41,262 nucleotides of DNA from Candidatus Cloacimonadota bacterium (GCA_021772705.1 JAJFLN010000763.1:1-41262); one strand, 5' to 3'. Positions 10,326-19,865 are shown, counted from the first letter of the stretch. Notes: generated from the sequence alone by a model not told the origin. Numbers and translations are program-made.

Positions 10326-10474
10326 GACTGACTTCCGACAGCTGCAGTTTCGATCTCCAGGGCAGGCCGTATCTCGAGTTTCGCAAAGGGAAGACCACGG
10401 GAGCGACAGGGGAAGTGATGCGTCGTGGTTCACGCTCTAGAGTCCTGAAGGAACTACCTGAGGAGGTACGGAAA

Positions 10475-11053
10475 GTGAACACTCGAAACAGACGGAACTT
10501 GCTGCTGCGGTCTCTGGTGGTCCTGATCAGTCTTTGTCTGAACCCAGGAATCGCAGAGGCACGGGCCACCGCCATTGTGCAGGTTCCGCCGGGTTCGCAG
10601 GTCTTCCTGGACGGCAACCTCGTTGCAACCGGCGCAGTACGGCTCGAGAGCATCCCGCCGGGGGAGCACATCATCGATGTGATCCTTGAGAACGGACGGC
10701 AAGGCCGAGCGTCCATCCGATCCCTGGCAGACATCGACGTGGTCAAGACATTCGGCTTCGACGGCAATGTCTCCCGGCAGAGCAAGAGTCCCGCACAGCA
10801 CCCGGGACCCTTCAGGAGCAATCGGGCCCTACGCATCCAGAGAGGTCCTCGTGGCCGACAGGTTACCCCGGCGCCCCCTCGCCCCCGAACTTTCGGCCGG
10901 CGTGACGGAATGTCCAGCTCGGAGGCAACGGTGCGGAATCTTCGGATGCGGCCCCTGACTCGTCAGCAGTCGGTCCGCCGCAGGAATCGAGGCAGAGGAG
11001 ACTTCGGCAAGGTCATCGCCGCTCTCATTGCCATCAAGATGCTGTCTCGGTGA
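10475..11053 (+). CDS. secreted PEGA-domain protein
   Basis: Start chosen at the in-frame GTG 10475, which follows a GGAGG RBS. The N-terminal basic and hydrophobic signal peptide is RRNLLLRSLVVLISLCLNPGIAEA. PEGA-like block VQVPPGSQVFLDGNLVATGAVRLESIPPGEHIIDV. Confidence 0.5.
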   Translation: MNTRNRRNLLLRSLVVLISLCLNPGIAEARATAIVQVPPGSQVFLDGNLVATGAVRLESIPPGEHIIDVILENGRQGRASIRSLADIDVVKTFGFDGNVSRQSKSPAQHPGPFRSNRALRIQRGPRGRQVTPAPPRPRTFGRRDGMSSSEATVRNLRMRPLTRQQSVRRRNRGRGDFGKVIAALIAIKMLSR

Positions 11054-11298
11054 GTTGATGCCGGGTTCGTGCTGCGTCTTCAACCAGCCTTGGTGGACAG
11101 AACGGCAGCGACGACCCCTGAACAAGAGACGGAAGACTGCATGTGGGTTTTCCTTGTTGTTCCTGTCTGCCTCTGCTTGAAACTGAAGAGACAGACCCAC
11201 GGGGGCTGACATCTCCCTGAAAACTGGAGTGCAGACACCATCAACCCCCACGCGGAACGCTCGGTTGGCGACCACGGAGTTGGCGAGACACCCTGTCC

Positions 11299-13659
11299 TC
11301 AGCGCAACTTGAGCAGGGCCTCTTCCTCGCGTCGAAGTTGACGCTCGGCACGGAGTCTCGGGATTGCGTACTGATCCTGAGATGCTTTACGGCATTCCCC
11401 GGATCGCTTCGCCGTCGGGGACTCGGGCCAGGGCGTCGGGCTCACGGATGCGATGGCCGGGGCACCATTCTCTCCGAGAAACCTTGCCAGGCCCTGGTAG
11501 TTGGGAAGAGTGACCAGATCCTGAGGAGATATCTGATCCCCGTAGTAAGCCGAGAGCTTGCCGGCATCCTGGTGGCCAACTCGAAAGGACATGAGGCTTC
11601 CCACGTTTCCCAGTATGGCATCGACCAGCCGATCCTGGATACGCCCTCCCCTCAGCTGATCCAGGTACTGATTGGCGAGGATCAGACGGACACCGAACTT
11701 TCGGCCCTCTGCGAGCAGGACCGGCACGCTTTCGGTGACGAAATTCTGAAACTCATCGAGGTAGAGAGACAGGGGTTTTCTTCGGGCAGCGGGCACACTG
11801 GACCGCCCCAGGAGTATCCGTTCCAACCTCATGAGCAGCAGCGTACCCAGGAATCGGGTCGTCACTTCTCCAAGTTCACCCACGGGCAAGCGAATCAACA
11901 AGATCTTGCCGTCCTCCATGATTCTCGCCGGATTGAAGCGTGTCTTCGGCTGGCCCACGATCAGGCGGACATCGCGCCGGCTGATCAAGACATCGAACTT
12001 CGACTTGAAGTAGGCCATGCTTCCGCCGTCGCTGGTGCCACTGGCCATGCGAATGATCTCGTCGGCGGCGTCACGGAGGACCGGATTCTCGATCGACTCC
12101 CTGACTGACTTCAGGAGCTTCCTCCCCGACACGATCTCGGCAAATGCCAGCAACGTGGGGGGGCTGGGTATCTTCCCCAGATCGCCCAGGTGAAATGCTA
12201 GCAGCAGGGCGTTCCGTACAATGTACTCGAACACGGGGCCAACCATGTCGACCGGCCATGTCCGATGGAAGATAGTGAGGAACTCCTCGCAGATCAGGGC
12301 CCTCTCCAGTTCCTCGTCGCAGTCGAGGGGGTTGAGACCGACGGGACTGTGCCGTTGTGTCGGATCGAACAACGCCACATCGGCGACGCGATTGGCAGGC
12401 ATGGTTCCCATGACCTGATCGATCAGATCGCCGTGGGGGTCAATGACGCAGACTTGCTGACCGGCAGCGATGTCCTGCATGATCAGGTTGTGCAAGAAAG
12501 TTGACTTGCCCGTTCCGGTCTGACCCATGACGTGGATGTGACGAAAGCGCATCTTCTCTCCGAGGGCGACGGTGCGCGATCGATCAGGATTCCCGTTGTA
12601 GCCCAGGACCCAGCCCTGTACCGGAATCTCTTCCGACGCTGGGATGAAACGAGGTCTCCTGGGAGGCAACCCTTCTTCCGGCTTTCGAGTGAAGGGCAGA
12701 CGAAATCTGCCACGAGCTTGCTCCGGCGTGAGCAGGAAACTCAGGCGTCGCAGATCCGGGGTCGGCGGTTCCACCTCTTCGATGTCAGAGCCTGGCAGCA
12801 GAGGACGGAAAGTACCGGCACGACTCTCTTGCCATACCTCTCCGGAGAAGGCCGCTGCACGAGACGATGGAATCAGCTGCAGTTGACTCTCCAGGGCAGA
12901 GAGCGTGGCGGCCGGCGAGGGCCCCTCGGACTCGATAACCGCTCTGGAAAGAAACAGCCTCCGTCTGCTGCCCAGGAGATCGCCGAGAACCTTCGACTTT
13001 GGCCCATCGTCACCGGATGCTGACGCCGGTTGCCCTTCTTTGCTCCCGGCGCACACCCTCTCGGCCGTGAGATAGCGTTCGCATTCCTGCTGCTCCCATG
13101 GGTAGAGCCGGGTTGGGCGAAAGGCAAGGCGCAAGCGACACCGGGATCGTTCCGCGAGCAGCGCCCTCACCAGAGTGATGAACTCGACCCCGTCTCCCGG
13201 GCTCGAGTTTCTCGCTGGACTCCCTTCCCCACCGGAGACACTCTGGATCGAGCCGAGCTCCGTGGAGAGGGCCGGGCTGAAGGGTCTTGCCAGGGTTGCT
13301 GCTTCCACGGGATTGTCGACAATGGTGAACTGATAGAACCGTGCCGGAAACTGCAGGGAGGCATCCATGGCGGCGGCCAGGTCATCCAGCCCCCCCCCGT
13401 GAGGGGATGACAGTCCAGCGATCACGGCGATCCGAACTCGGGATTTCCAGGGAGCCGCCAGATCTGGAAGGCCAGTGTAGTGCAACTCGATCCAGCGTCC
13501 GTCGCTCAGATCCCACATCCTCTGCAGTGTATCGTCCTGAGCCGACAGGATCGATGAGATCTCGGAGCCATCGCTAGTGTAGCCCAGGGAAGTGAGCTCG
13601 AAGACGACCGCCGGGACTCGGGTCTCCTCGGGCAATTGTCTGCCCCCCTTCCGTGCCAC
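11299..13659 (-). CDS. HerA / TraD(VirD4)-like P-loop ATPase of the FtsK-HerA superfamily, with a roughly 330-aa N-terminal extension
   Basis: Walker A HVMGQTGTGKSTFLHNL, then VCVIDPHGDL, ALFDP and NPL. Walker B SLYLDEFQNF and ILANQYLDQL. Confidence 0.75.
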   Translation of the reverse strand: MARKGGRQLPEETRVPAVVFELTSLGYTSDGSEISSILSAQDDTLQRMWDLSDGRWIELHYTGLPDLAAPWKSRVRIAVIAGLSSPHGGGLDDLAAAMDASLQFPARFYQFTIVDNPVEAATLARPFSPALSTELGSIQSVSGGEGSPARNSSPGDGVEFITLVRALLAERSRCRLRLAFRPTRLYPWEQQECERYLTAERVCAGSKEGQPASASGDDGPKSKVLGDLLGSRRRLFLSRAVIESEGPSPAATLSALESQLQLIPSSRAAAFSGEVWQESRAGTFRPLLPGSDIEEVEPPTPDLRRLSFLLTPEQARGRFRLPFTRKPEEGLPPRRPRFIPASEEIPVQGWVLGYNGNPDRSRTVALGEKMRFRHIHVMGQTGTGKSTFLHNLIMQDIAAGQQVCVIDPHGDLIDQVMGTMPANRVADVALFDPTQRHSPVGLNPLDCDEELERALICEEFLTIFHRTWPVDMVGPVFEYIVRNALLLAFHLGDLGKIPSPPTLLAFAEIVSGRKLLKSVRESIENPVLRDAADEIIRMASGTSDGGSMAYFKSKFDVLISRRDVRLIVGQPKTRFNPARIMEDGKILLIRLPVGELGEVTTRFLGTLLLMRLERILLGRSSVPAARRKPLSLYLDEFQNFVTESVPVLLAEGRKFGVRLILANQYLDQLRGGRIQDRLVDAILGNVGSLMSFRVGHQDAGKLSAYYGDQISPQDLVTLPNYQGLARFLGENGAPAIASVSPTPWPESPTAKRSGECRKASQDQYAIPRLRAERQLRREEEALLKLR

Positions 13660-15770
13660 TAGTGGATCTCTCCTTTTGTCGTGGAGCGCGGCCGCGTGCG
13701 ATCTGGCACCCAGGAGAGGCGGCCTCTGCTCGCAACCAGACGGTAGGCAGCCACGCCTTCCGTGAGGGTGCTCCAGAGTGGGACCAGAACTAGCTGCTCC
13801 ACCAGAGTCTGAAGCCGCTCACCACTGAGCCCACTTGCCTGGACCCGTTTGGCCACTGCTTCGATGGCCGCCTCGTCGCAGGTGAGTACAATCCCTCGCT
13901 CACGATGCAGCCGTTCCACGGCGATCTTCTGAATCCTCCTGCGTACGAGTTCGGCGTATTCCTCGTCGGTCAATGGATTGAATGGAACCACCAGAAGAGT
14001 CCGGAGGAGCGCCAGTTCGTCGGAAAGAAGCGAAAGCGCCCCCTTCTCTTGCTTGCCCGGTTTGCCCGTGTCTTCCCTCTGCAGAAAACCGAGCTGTGTT
14101 GTGGAGATCGGCCCTGTCGTGTCAACCGAGAGGATGAAGATGGCCCGCCGGACGAGACCTGCCCACTCACCTGTGCCGGAGTATCCGTTGTTCAAGAGAT
14201 TGGCGAGGGCTGTCAGTACAGCCGGAGGCGCCTGATCACAGTGCTCCAGGTGAATCACCGAGAAGGGCTTCTGCATCAGAAAACCGGAGAGCTGGCCCGG
14301 CGCTGGATCCCCTTCCGGGATACCTAGCAGGTACGCCGGGTTCCCTGGAATCGATGCCAGGTCCACCAGCAACAGCCTGTCAGGTCCGTAGAGCTCCATT
14401 GCAATGGCTCGTGCCATGGTGTTCTTGCCGACGCCAGCCGGGCCCGCGAAGAGAAAGGCCGCATCGGGGCGCTCGGGTCGGGAGCGGATGCCTTCGGGAC
14501 TACAGCGGGCAGCGATGGCTCGCGCCACCTCCATGCACGCTGGTCGCTGAGAGCCAACGTACTCGTATAGCGTGTCCGATAGTCTCTGCGGGTCCCGGTA
14601 ACAGGGCTGCTCCACGCGCTGGATCGGAAGGCCTGCAGTTCTGGCCGCAACGGCTCTCAGATCTTCAGCCGATGGTGCCCGACCCTCGGCTTCAGCCAAA
14701 GCGGCAGCTCCCTCGAGAAGCCTGAGCGCCGACTCCGGCAGGGCCGGGCTCTTGATGTAATGATCCGCCAGGACGACGGCCTCATCCAGGTTGAAGGATT
14801 CCGGAGCCTTCCCGATCCAGTCCTCCACTGGCCCTCTCCACTGCTGAAAAGCAGAGCGGCACTCGGTACGACCCATGGACCGGACATAGACCAACCTTGC
14901 CCTGAAGGGCAGAGACCCGGGCACCAGAGTCAACTTCTCCAGTTCATGAGACGTGGTGAGCCAGAGCATGCATCCTCGATCGATGCAGAGAGCTGCCAGG
15001 GAAGGGGGCATGGCACCGTAGAGCTCCGACAGATCGCCGTGAATCAGGAGGTGGCCCAGGGAGGCCGCGATCCTCAGGTCCTCCAGGACCGCCATGGCCG
15101 ACTCGCCGGTCAGGGCAGTCGTGAGACGGCTCGTAGCTTGCCAGACCGAGCCGGAGGGGTACTGCTTCATCCGGCCACTGACGAAGTTAGGAAGCATCAC
15201 TTCGTGGAGACTACCCTGCTCGACTCCCGGGCCGGCGACGACGATGCAGGAGGTCTCAGCTCCAGGCCGGGTTGCGTGAGCCATCTCCAGGAGCTCCCGT
15301 TCTCTTCCCACGGGAGGCAAACGGGGCACACCGAAGAGTGACTGGCGCCGGATGAATCCGGTCAAGTTCTCTCCGGCGAGCCTCCGCAATGAGGGGGCCA
15401 GCCCGACGGAACGTGCGCGATCGGGCTCCTCGGCATTCAGTGCCACGATCTGATGGATCAGCTGTTGCACGTTCACCGGCAACGTCATCCGGCCAACGAG
15501 CGACCCGTCGATGGCAGACGTTGATGGTAGTGGTTCGCCATCAAGATAGTCCGCCAGGGCCATTCCAGTCTTCGCTGCCAGCGCTGCCGTATCCAGAGTC
15601 AGTGCATCCTGGAAGTGGAGTCTGCCACCGGCCGTGTCCGCATCGGCCAGAGCCAGAAAGCCCAGCTCAACAAGAGGTGTCGTATCGAGTGGGTTGTTCA
15701 ATGCAGCCCGACGGAGTTCGAGGGTTCTCTCCGGCAGAGAGCTGGCCCTGCTGATCGTTTCCTGCTTCAC
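13659..15770 (-). CDS. ClpA/ClpB-like double AAA+ protein with degenerate Walker motifs
   Basis: D2 region AFLFAGPAGVGKNTMARAIAMELYGPDRLLLVDLASI resembles the Clp D2 P-loop (GKN instead of GK[ST]). The Walker-B-like region is VIHLEHCDQ. The D1 P-loop is degenerate (IVVAGPGVEQGS). 1-nt overlap with the HerA-like gene. Confidence 0.6.
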   Translation of the reverse strand: MKQETISRASSLPERTLELRRAALNNPLDTTPLVELGFLALADADTAGGRLHFQDALTLDTAALAAKTGMALADYLDGEPLPSTSAIDGSLVGRMTLPVNVQQLIHQIVALNAEEPDRARSVGLAPSLRRLAGENLTGFIRRQSLFGVPRLPPVGRERELLEMAHATRPGAETSCIVVAGPGVEQGSLHEVMLPNFVSGRMKQYPSGSVWQATSRLTTALTGESAMAVLEDLRIAASLGHLLIHGDLSELYGAMPPSLAALCIDRGCMLWLTTSHELEKLTLVPGSLPFRARLVYVRSMGRTECRSAFQQWRGPVEDWIGKAPESFNLDEAVVLADHYIKSPALPESALRLLEGAAALAEAEGRAPSAEDLRAVAARTAGLPIQRVEQPCYRDPQRLSDTLYEYVGSQRPACMEVARAIAARCSPEGIRSRPERPDAAFLFAGPAGVGKNTMARAIAMELYGPDRLLLVDLASIPGNPAYLLGIPEGDPAPGQLSGFLMQKPFSVIHLEHCDQAPPAVLTALANLLNNGYSGTGEWAGLVRRAIFILSVDTTGPISTTQLGFLQREDTGKPGKQEKGALSLLSDELALLRTLLVVPFNPLTDEEYAELVRRRIQKIAVERLHRERGIVLTCDEAAIEAVAKRVQASGLSGERLQTLVEQLVLVPLWSTLTEGVAAYRLVASRGRLSWVPDRTRPRSTTKGEIH

Positions 15771-15944
15771 AGACTCAGTCTCCCACCTCAGCTGTCACAG
15801 GATCAACCAGAGACAGTGGTTCATCCCCCCGTTGAAACCAGCGGTAGCTCTAGTTGCTCCCTTTCGATTGGACAGGCCCCGCCGGGGGGCCAGCTGGAAT
15901 TGCGTCCAGCGAAACTCCTGGCTAACCATCTATGGAGACGAATC

Positions 15945-16391
15945 ATGGACGATCCAGTTATCCGTCGCCGCTGGCTAGGCCGCCGGTGGCCAGCCTTCGT
16001 GAAGAGTGTCGAGACGAACAGAAGTTCCAGGAAGCAGGCGGGGCCGTTTGTCTGTCGCTACCTGGAAGACTTCTCCCGATCTCTACCGGACGACCTCGAG
16101 ACCGGCGACTTACCCACGGCCCAGCTCATCGAGCTGGGCGACATTGCAGAGGGTCTCCTGGAGCTTCTGACTCCGCTGGAGGCACAGCTCACAACTGAAT
16201 GTATCTCCTCGGCACTCGCCGCAGCCGGGTCGGTCCTGTCTGCGGAAGCGGATCGATTTCACCCCGAAACCCAGGAGCAGCAATCGCAAAGGGCGGCCCG
16301 GATCATCGAGGAGATTCGTGCCCGACGGGCCGCCCTTATCTGGACTGGACGGCCCGGTGTGGGAAAGGGAGGGGAATCAGAGCGGAAGTGA
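15945..16391 (+). CDS. hypothetical protein
   Basis: ATG at 15945 chosen so as not to overlap the divergent minus-strand gene. The longer ORF 15615..16391 would overlap that gene by 155 nt. No motifs. Confidence 0.25.
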   Translation: MDDPVIRRRWLGRRWPAFVKSVETNRSSRKQAGPFVCRYLEDFSRSLPDDLETGDLPTAQLIELGDIAEGLLELLTPLEAQLTTECISSALAAAGSVLSAEADRFHPETQEQQSQRAARIIEEIRARRAALIWTGRPGVGKGGESERK

Positions 16392-16461
16392 GTGGATAGA
16401 GCGCGCTCTCTAGAAGTCGTGGGGCAACAAACCGGTGCCCGGACAAGGAAGGGAGCGAGCC

Positions 16462-17169
16462 ATGAGCCAGAAGATCGACAGGAACCAGGTTGAGGAATGT
16501 GTATCGGAACTCCAGCGTGTTCGACGAGAGATCGCCGAGAACCGGCGGCGGCTCGAGGCCTGTGACTCCAGCCAGACGGAAGCCAGGAACATGCTGGAGA
16601 GTCACGGTCGCAAGCTCGCGGGGGCCGACAATCGGCTCTGTACGGAGATTGTGACTATCTGCTCCGGACTGCTTCGGGGACTTGGATGGCGCCGAATTCG
16701 CCATGCTGGCCTGATAGACGACTGCATGATAGCAGCCTTCTCCGAGGTGCTGGCCAGGGTGGAGAAGCTCAAGATCCCCCGGGCCTTCCTGTCCTACCTC
16801 ATCCGTTCGTTCAAGAACGAGCAGGGGCGCGTCATGGCAGGTCTGGCCGCTGACGCCTCGAACCAGGTCCCTCTGGGAGAGTCCGTCCATCCATCGGGCC
16901 GGCCTCCTCAGGAGGACGTCGAGGATGCCGATGAGAGGGCCCGGAATCTGGAGAAAATCCAGATTCATGTCGGCTGCATTCCCAATGAGAAGTGGCGAGA
17001 GGCCTTCGATCGGTACTACCTCCGAGGCGAGGACTACTCCACCGTGGCAACGAGAATGTCGATTCCCAAGGGGACGGCCAAGGCCTGGAGTTTCCGGGGC
17101 AAGGAGGCTCTCAGGGAGCACCTGCAAGTCCTGGTCTCCAAGGGGGCTGGCGGTTGCGCTCCGCCGTGA
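16462..17169 (+). CDS. ECF-type (group 4) RNA polymerase sigma factor with an N-terminal coiled-coil extension
   Basis: GGAAGGGAG RBS before ATG 16462. Region-2-like GLIDDCMIAAFSEVL ... FLSYLIRSFKNE. Region-4 HTH WREAFDRYYLRGEDYSTVATRMSIPKGTAKAWSFRGKEALREHL. Confidence 0.7.
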   Translation: MSQKIDRNQVEECVSELQRVRREIAENRRRLEACDSSQTEARNMLESHGRKLAGADNRLCTEIVTICSGLLRGLGWRRIRHAGLIDDCMIAAFSEVLARVEKLKIPRAFLSYLIRSFKNEQGRVMAGLAADASNQVPLGESVHPSGRPPQEDVEDADERARNLEKIQIHVGCIPNEKWREAFDRYYLRGEDYSTVATRMSIPKGTAKAWSFRGKEALREHLQVLVSKGAGGCAPP

Positions 17170-17319
17170 GGTTCCCCGAGGTCTCAAGAAATGGTCAGCT
17201 TCCCTGGACGGCGACCCGCCCCCGGGGCTAGCCTGTCCCGTCGAGAAGCCCGGCCGTGCGAACTGCAGCCGCAAACCGGCTGAACGGATCGCCTCCGAAT
17301 TGGAACCAGGGAGGAACCT

Positions 17320-18867
17320 TTGAGGCAGCAGGCGAACATCCTACTGAAAGACCCCGTTGACTATCAGACAGCCAGCACAGGAGATACGATATTCATCAGC
17401 ACCCTGGGAATGTCACCTGGCACAGTGGTCCAGGCCCTCTATAGCATTCTGGAGCCGGAGACAGACGGGAAGGAGACAGGCCGTGTAGACTGGGTGGACC
17501 AGATCGTGACTGGCGTCAGCGCCCCATCAGCCTGGCCTGATGAGGACCGCATTCAGACAATACTGGAGACGGGCGAGGAGTATAGTATTCAGTCGGCGAA
17601 GCAGATTGCAAAGCTGCTTGACCAGGCCCAGTCATTCGGCCTTCTTGAACCCGATTCTGAGCCGAAGACGCTCATCAAGGACGTGACCGATTCGAACTGC
17701 ACGAGCGTTCGTGACGCCCTGCTCACTCATGTTGAGCGACGGCGGAACGAGATTGGTCCCGATGGCCGGATCATCTTCGACTTCACCGGTGGAAGGGTCG
17801 GCATGTCCTACTATCTGGGTTTTGCGGCTCAGTTGCTGGGGGAAGCCAATGATCAACTTCTCTATACGAATGTAAACCGAGGCAAGGGCGACTACTTGCT
17901 CTCCACGCCGGGACCGAGACAGGGGGAAACCCCTCGGAGCCGACCGGAAACGACCTGGATTCCGAAGGGCCGGGACCATATCTTCCGGGTTCCATTTCCG
18001 CTGGCACGCATTCCCTTCGTGAAGTCGATGGTCGCTTTGAACAATGGCAGTTCCATCGTCCAGGGCGCTCTGCATTTCGACACCATCATGAGTGAACTGG
18101 AGTCCTACACTGCCCTGGGAATCTTTGCCCGGGGGGTCGCCCACGAGGGCCTCAATCTGATCCGAGAACTGCGAGAACTGGGCGGGAGCCGGCCGGCGGC
18201 AGCAGAAGAGACCCGGGCGTTGCCGGAACAGCTGGGCAGCAAGGACGCGCTCTTTCGCCTCCGGCGCCTGGAAGCCTACCTGACGGCTTTTGATGTACTG
18301 GCAGGCAGGAACCCAGGCGGTGCAGTTCCAGAAGCCAGAGGCCCCGTGAACCTGTACGAGATGATAAAGGCGGAAGCTGACTGGGTACGAGACGACATCG
18401 CTCCCGATCTGAAGGTGGAAATCAAGGTGGCCGAGGAACTCAGACCCTCGATCCACGCCGAGGCACTTCAGCTGGCGATCATCCTGTTGATGAAGAACGC
18501 TGCTCAGGCCGCCCGCAGGGCCGCCCCGCCGCGGATTGTTGTGATTGCCGAGGCCCATCACGGTTACATGTCACTCTCGATTGACAACAATGGCCCTCCT
18601 TTCCCTCCGGAACTCTTGCCCTACGCGAAGAAACTGATCCGGCCGGTCTCGGTACTGGCGGCGATGCGTGCGGCCGAAGCCGGCCAGCAGAGGGAATCGG
18701 AGAAGCGGCGAGGTGTCGGTTTAGCAATCGCCAGTCAGCTACTCGAGGCTCTCTGGGCGGGCCAAGAGGTTCATGATGAAGACAGACGGCCAATGTCGCC
18801 ATTGGAGATCGAGAGCGAGGGTTCCCTGTGCGGAGCTCGATACCGGCTGTTGCTGCCTTTGGAGTGA
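17320..18867 (+). CDS. CARF-domain sensor histidine kinase (CARF - DHp - HATPase_c)
   Basis: TTG start preceded by a GGGAGG RBS. CARF motifs: DTIFISTLGMSPGTVVQALYSIL and IIFDFTGGRVGMSYYLG. The candidate DHp H-box is ARGVAHEGLNLIRELREL. HATPase_c boxes: N-box LQLAIILLMKNAAQA, G1 IDNNGPPFP, G2 GVGLAIASQLLE. Confidence 0.6.
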   Translation: MRQQANILLKDPVDYQTASTGDTIFISTLGMSPGTVVQALYSILEPETDGKETGRVDWVDQIVTGVSAPSAWPDEDRIQTILETGEEYSIQSAKQIAKLLDQAQSFGLLEPDSEPKTLIKDVTDSNCTSVRDALLTHVERRRNEIGPDGRIIFDFTGGRVGMSYYLGFAAQLLGEANDQLLYTNVNRGKGDYLLSTPGPRQGETPRSRPETTWIPKGRDHIFRVPFPLARIPFVKSMVALNNGSSIVQGALHFDTIMSELESYTALGIFARGVAHEGLNLIRELRELGGSRPAAAEETRALPEQLGSKDALFRLRRLEAYLTAFDVLAGRNPGGAVPEARGPVNLYEMIKAEADWVRDDIAPDLKVEIKVAEELRPSIHAEALQLAIILLMKNAAQAARRAAPPRIVVIAEAHHGYMSLSIDNNGPPFPPELLPYAKKLIRPVSVLAAMRAAEAGQQRESEKRRGVGLAIASQLLEALWAGQEVHDEDRRPMSPLEIESEGSLCGARYRLLLPLE

Positions 18868-18938
18868 ATTCTCTCACTGTACGGCGGGAGGGAAGGGCGT
18901 GAGTTGCTTCCCGCCAATCCCTTCTGATTGGGTATCCG

Positions 18939-19865
18939 ATGGCTGCGGAAAATCTACCACCACTGAGGCATGCTCGACAAGATACCAGGCCGTTGGCCTG
19001 GGTGCTCGGGCTTGTGGCGCTGGGCTGCCTCATCCAGTTTGTCACGTCGTCGGCAGCCCGTCCTCCGTATCGGGCGCCTTCATACAGGCCCGGCAGCGCG
19101 CCATCAGGCGGCGTTCCGGCCAAGTCCGGTTCCCGCACGGCTCGACGTCCGTCTCCCCCGGTTTCGCTGCCTACCTGGCACGCCCCACGTGCGAAGCCTG
19201 CTGCGACTACCCGATCTGCCACCGACTCTCCCGTTGGAGCTCCGTCGGAGCGGTCACGCAGGCCTATGGCGAGCAAGACGACAAAGAAGATCTGGCCCGG
19301 TTCCCGCAACACCAGGGTAAGGACCGTTCTGGCGCCCGTACCACGAAGATCGGAGCCCGCGTCGGAGTCCAGAAAACGCCCCGGAGCCCGTAGTCTTCGA
19401 TTCGTCTCCCCCGCCCGGACTTACGCCGCCGTTGTTACCTCCAACCTGGTTCACTTCCGAATTCCGGCAGCCGGGAGAAGCCAGTGGGTGTGGAATGGCC
19501 AACACCTGGAGCACGGGGAACTCGAGTATGGCTGGGAAGTCGAGGTGACGGACCATCACGGCAGGGTCTACAGGATCGCCTGTTCGCGATTCATGAGAGC
19601 CGGAGAGCCCATGCGCCATGGGCGTCTCTCGGATCTGCTGCACGACGGCCGGGTCGATGTCTGGCGGGTTCTGGGGAGCAAGGAAGCAACCGTTAGCCGT
19701 CTGATGTTTCGAGTTACCGTCGACTCCGGGGATGTCATCCTGTGGTCGAATCACAGTCCAACAATTCGGCACCTCTTCGGAGGAAAGCCCCGAAGGGTCA
19801 TGCTTGGTGGCTTCACACCCTATCGTGGAGACTTCCGCCAGGCAGTCCGGATCAAGTACGACTGA
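18939..19865 (+). CDS. membrane-anchored protein with a Pro/Arg-rich linker and a C-terminal globular domain of unknown function
   Basis: N-terminal hydrophobic helix LAWVLGLVALGCLIQFV, then a low-complexity P/R/S/A-rich stretch, then a roughly 150-aa conserved-looking C-terminus. Confidence 0.5.
   Translation: MAAENLPPLRHARQDTRPLAWVLGLVALGCLIQFVTSSAARPPYRAPSYRPGSAPSGGVPAKSGSRTARRPSPPVSLPTWHAPRAKPAATTRSATDSPVGAPSERSRRPMASKTTKKIWPGSRNTRVRTVLAPVPRRSEPASESRKRPGARSLRFVSPARTYAAVVTSNLVHFRIPAAGRSQWVWNGQHLEHGELEYGWEVEVTDHHGRVYRIACSRFMRAGEPMRHGRLSDLLHDGRVDVWRVLGSKEATVSRLMFRVTVDSGDVILWSNHSPTIRHLFGGKPRRVMLGGFTPYRGDFRQAVRIKYD

Noticed and set aside
11124-11200. Single CRISPR-repeat-like string GTTGTTCCTGTCTGCCTCTGCTTGAAAC
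   Set aside because: Only one copy. I found no second occurrence in the window. It overlaps the intergenic hairpin, which explains it better.
15615-15944. Longer version of the 15945..16391 ORF starting at 15615
   Set aside because: It would overlap the divergent minus-strand AAA+ gene by 155 nt, and that part has no motifs. The internal ATG was preferred, at low confidence.
16336-17274. 312-aa minus-strand ORF covering the sigma factor gene
   Set aside because: The sigma factor frame has clear region-2 and region-4 motifs and an RBS. The antisense frame has neither.
17632-18561. 309-aa minus-strand ORF
   Set aside because: Antisense to the CARF-HATPase gene, which has unambiguous N, G1 and G2 boxes.
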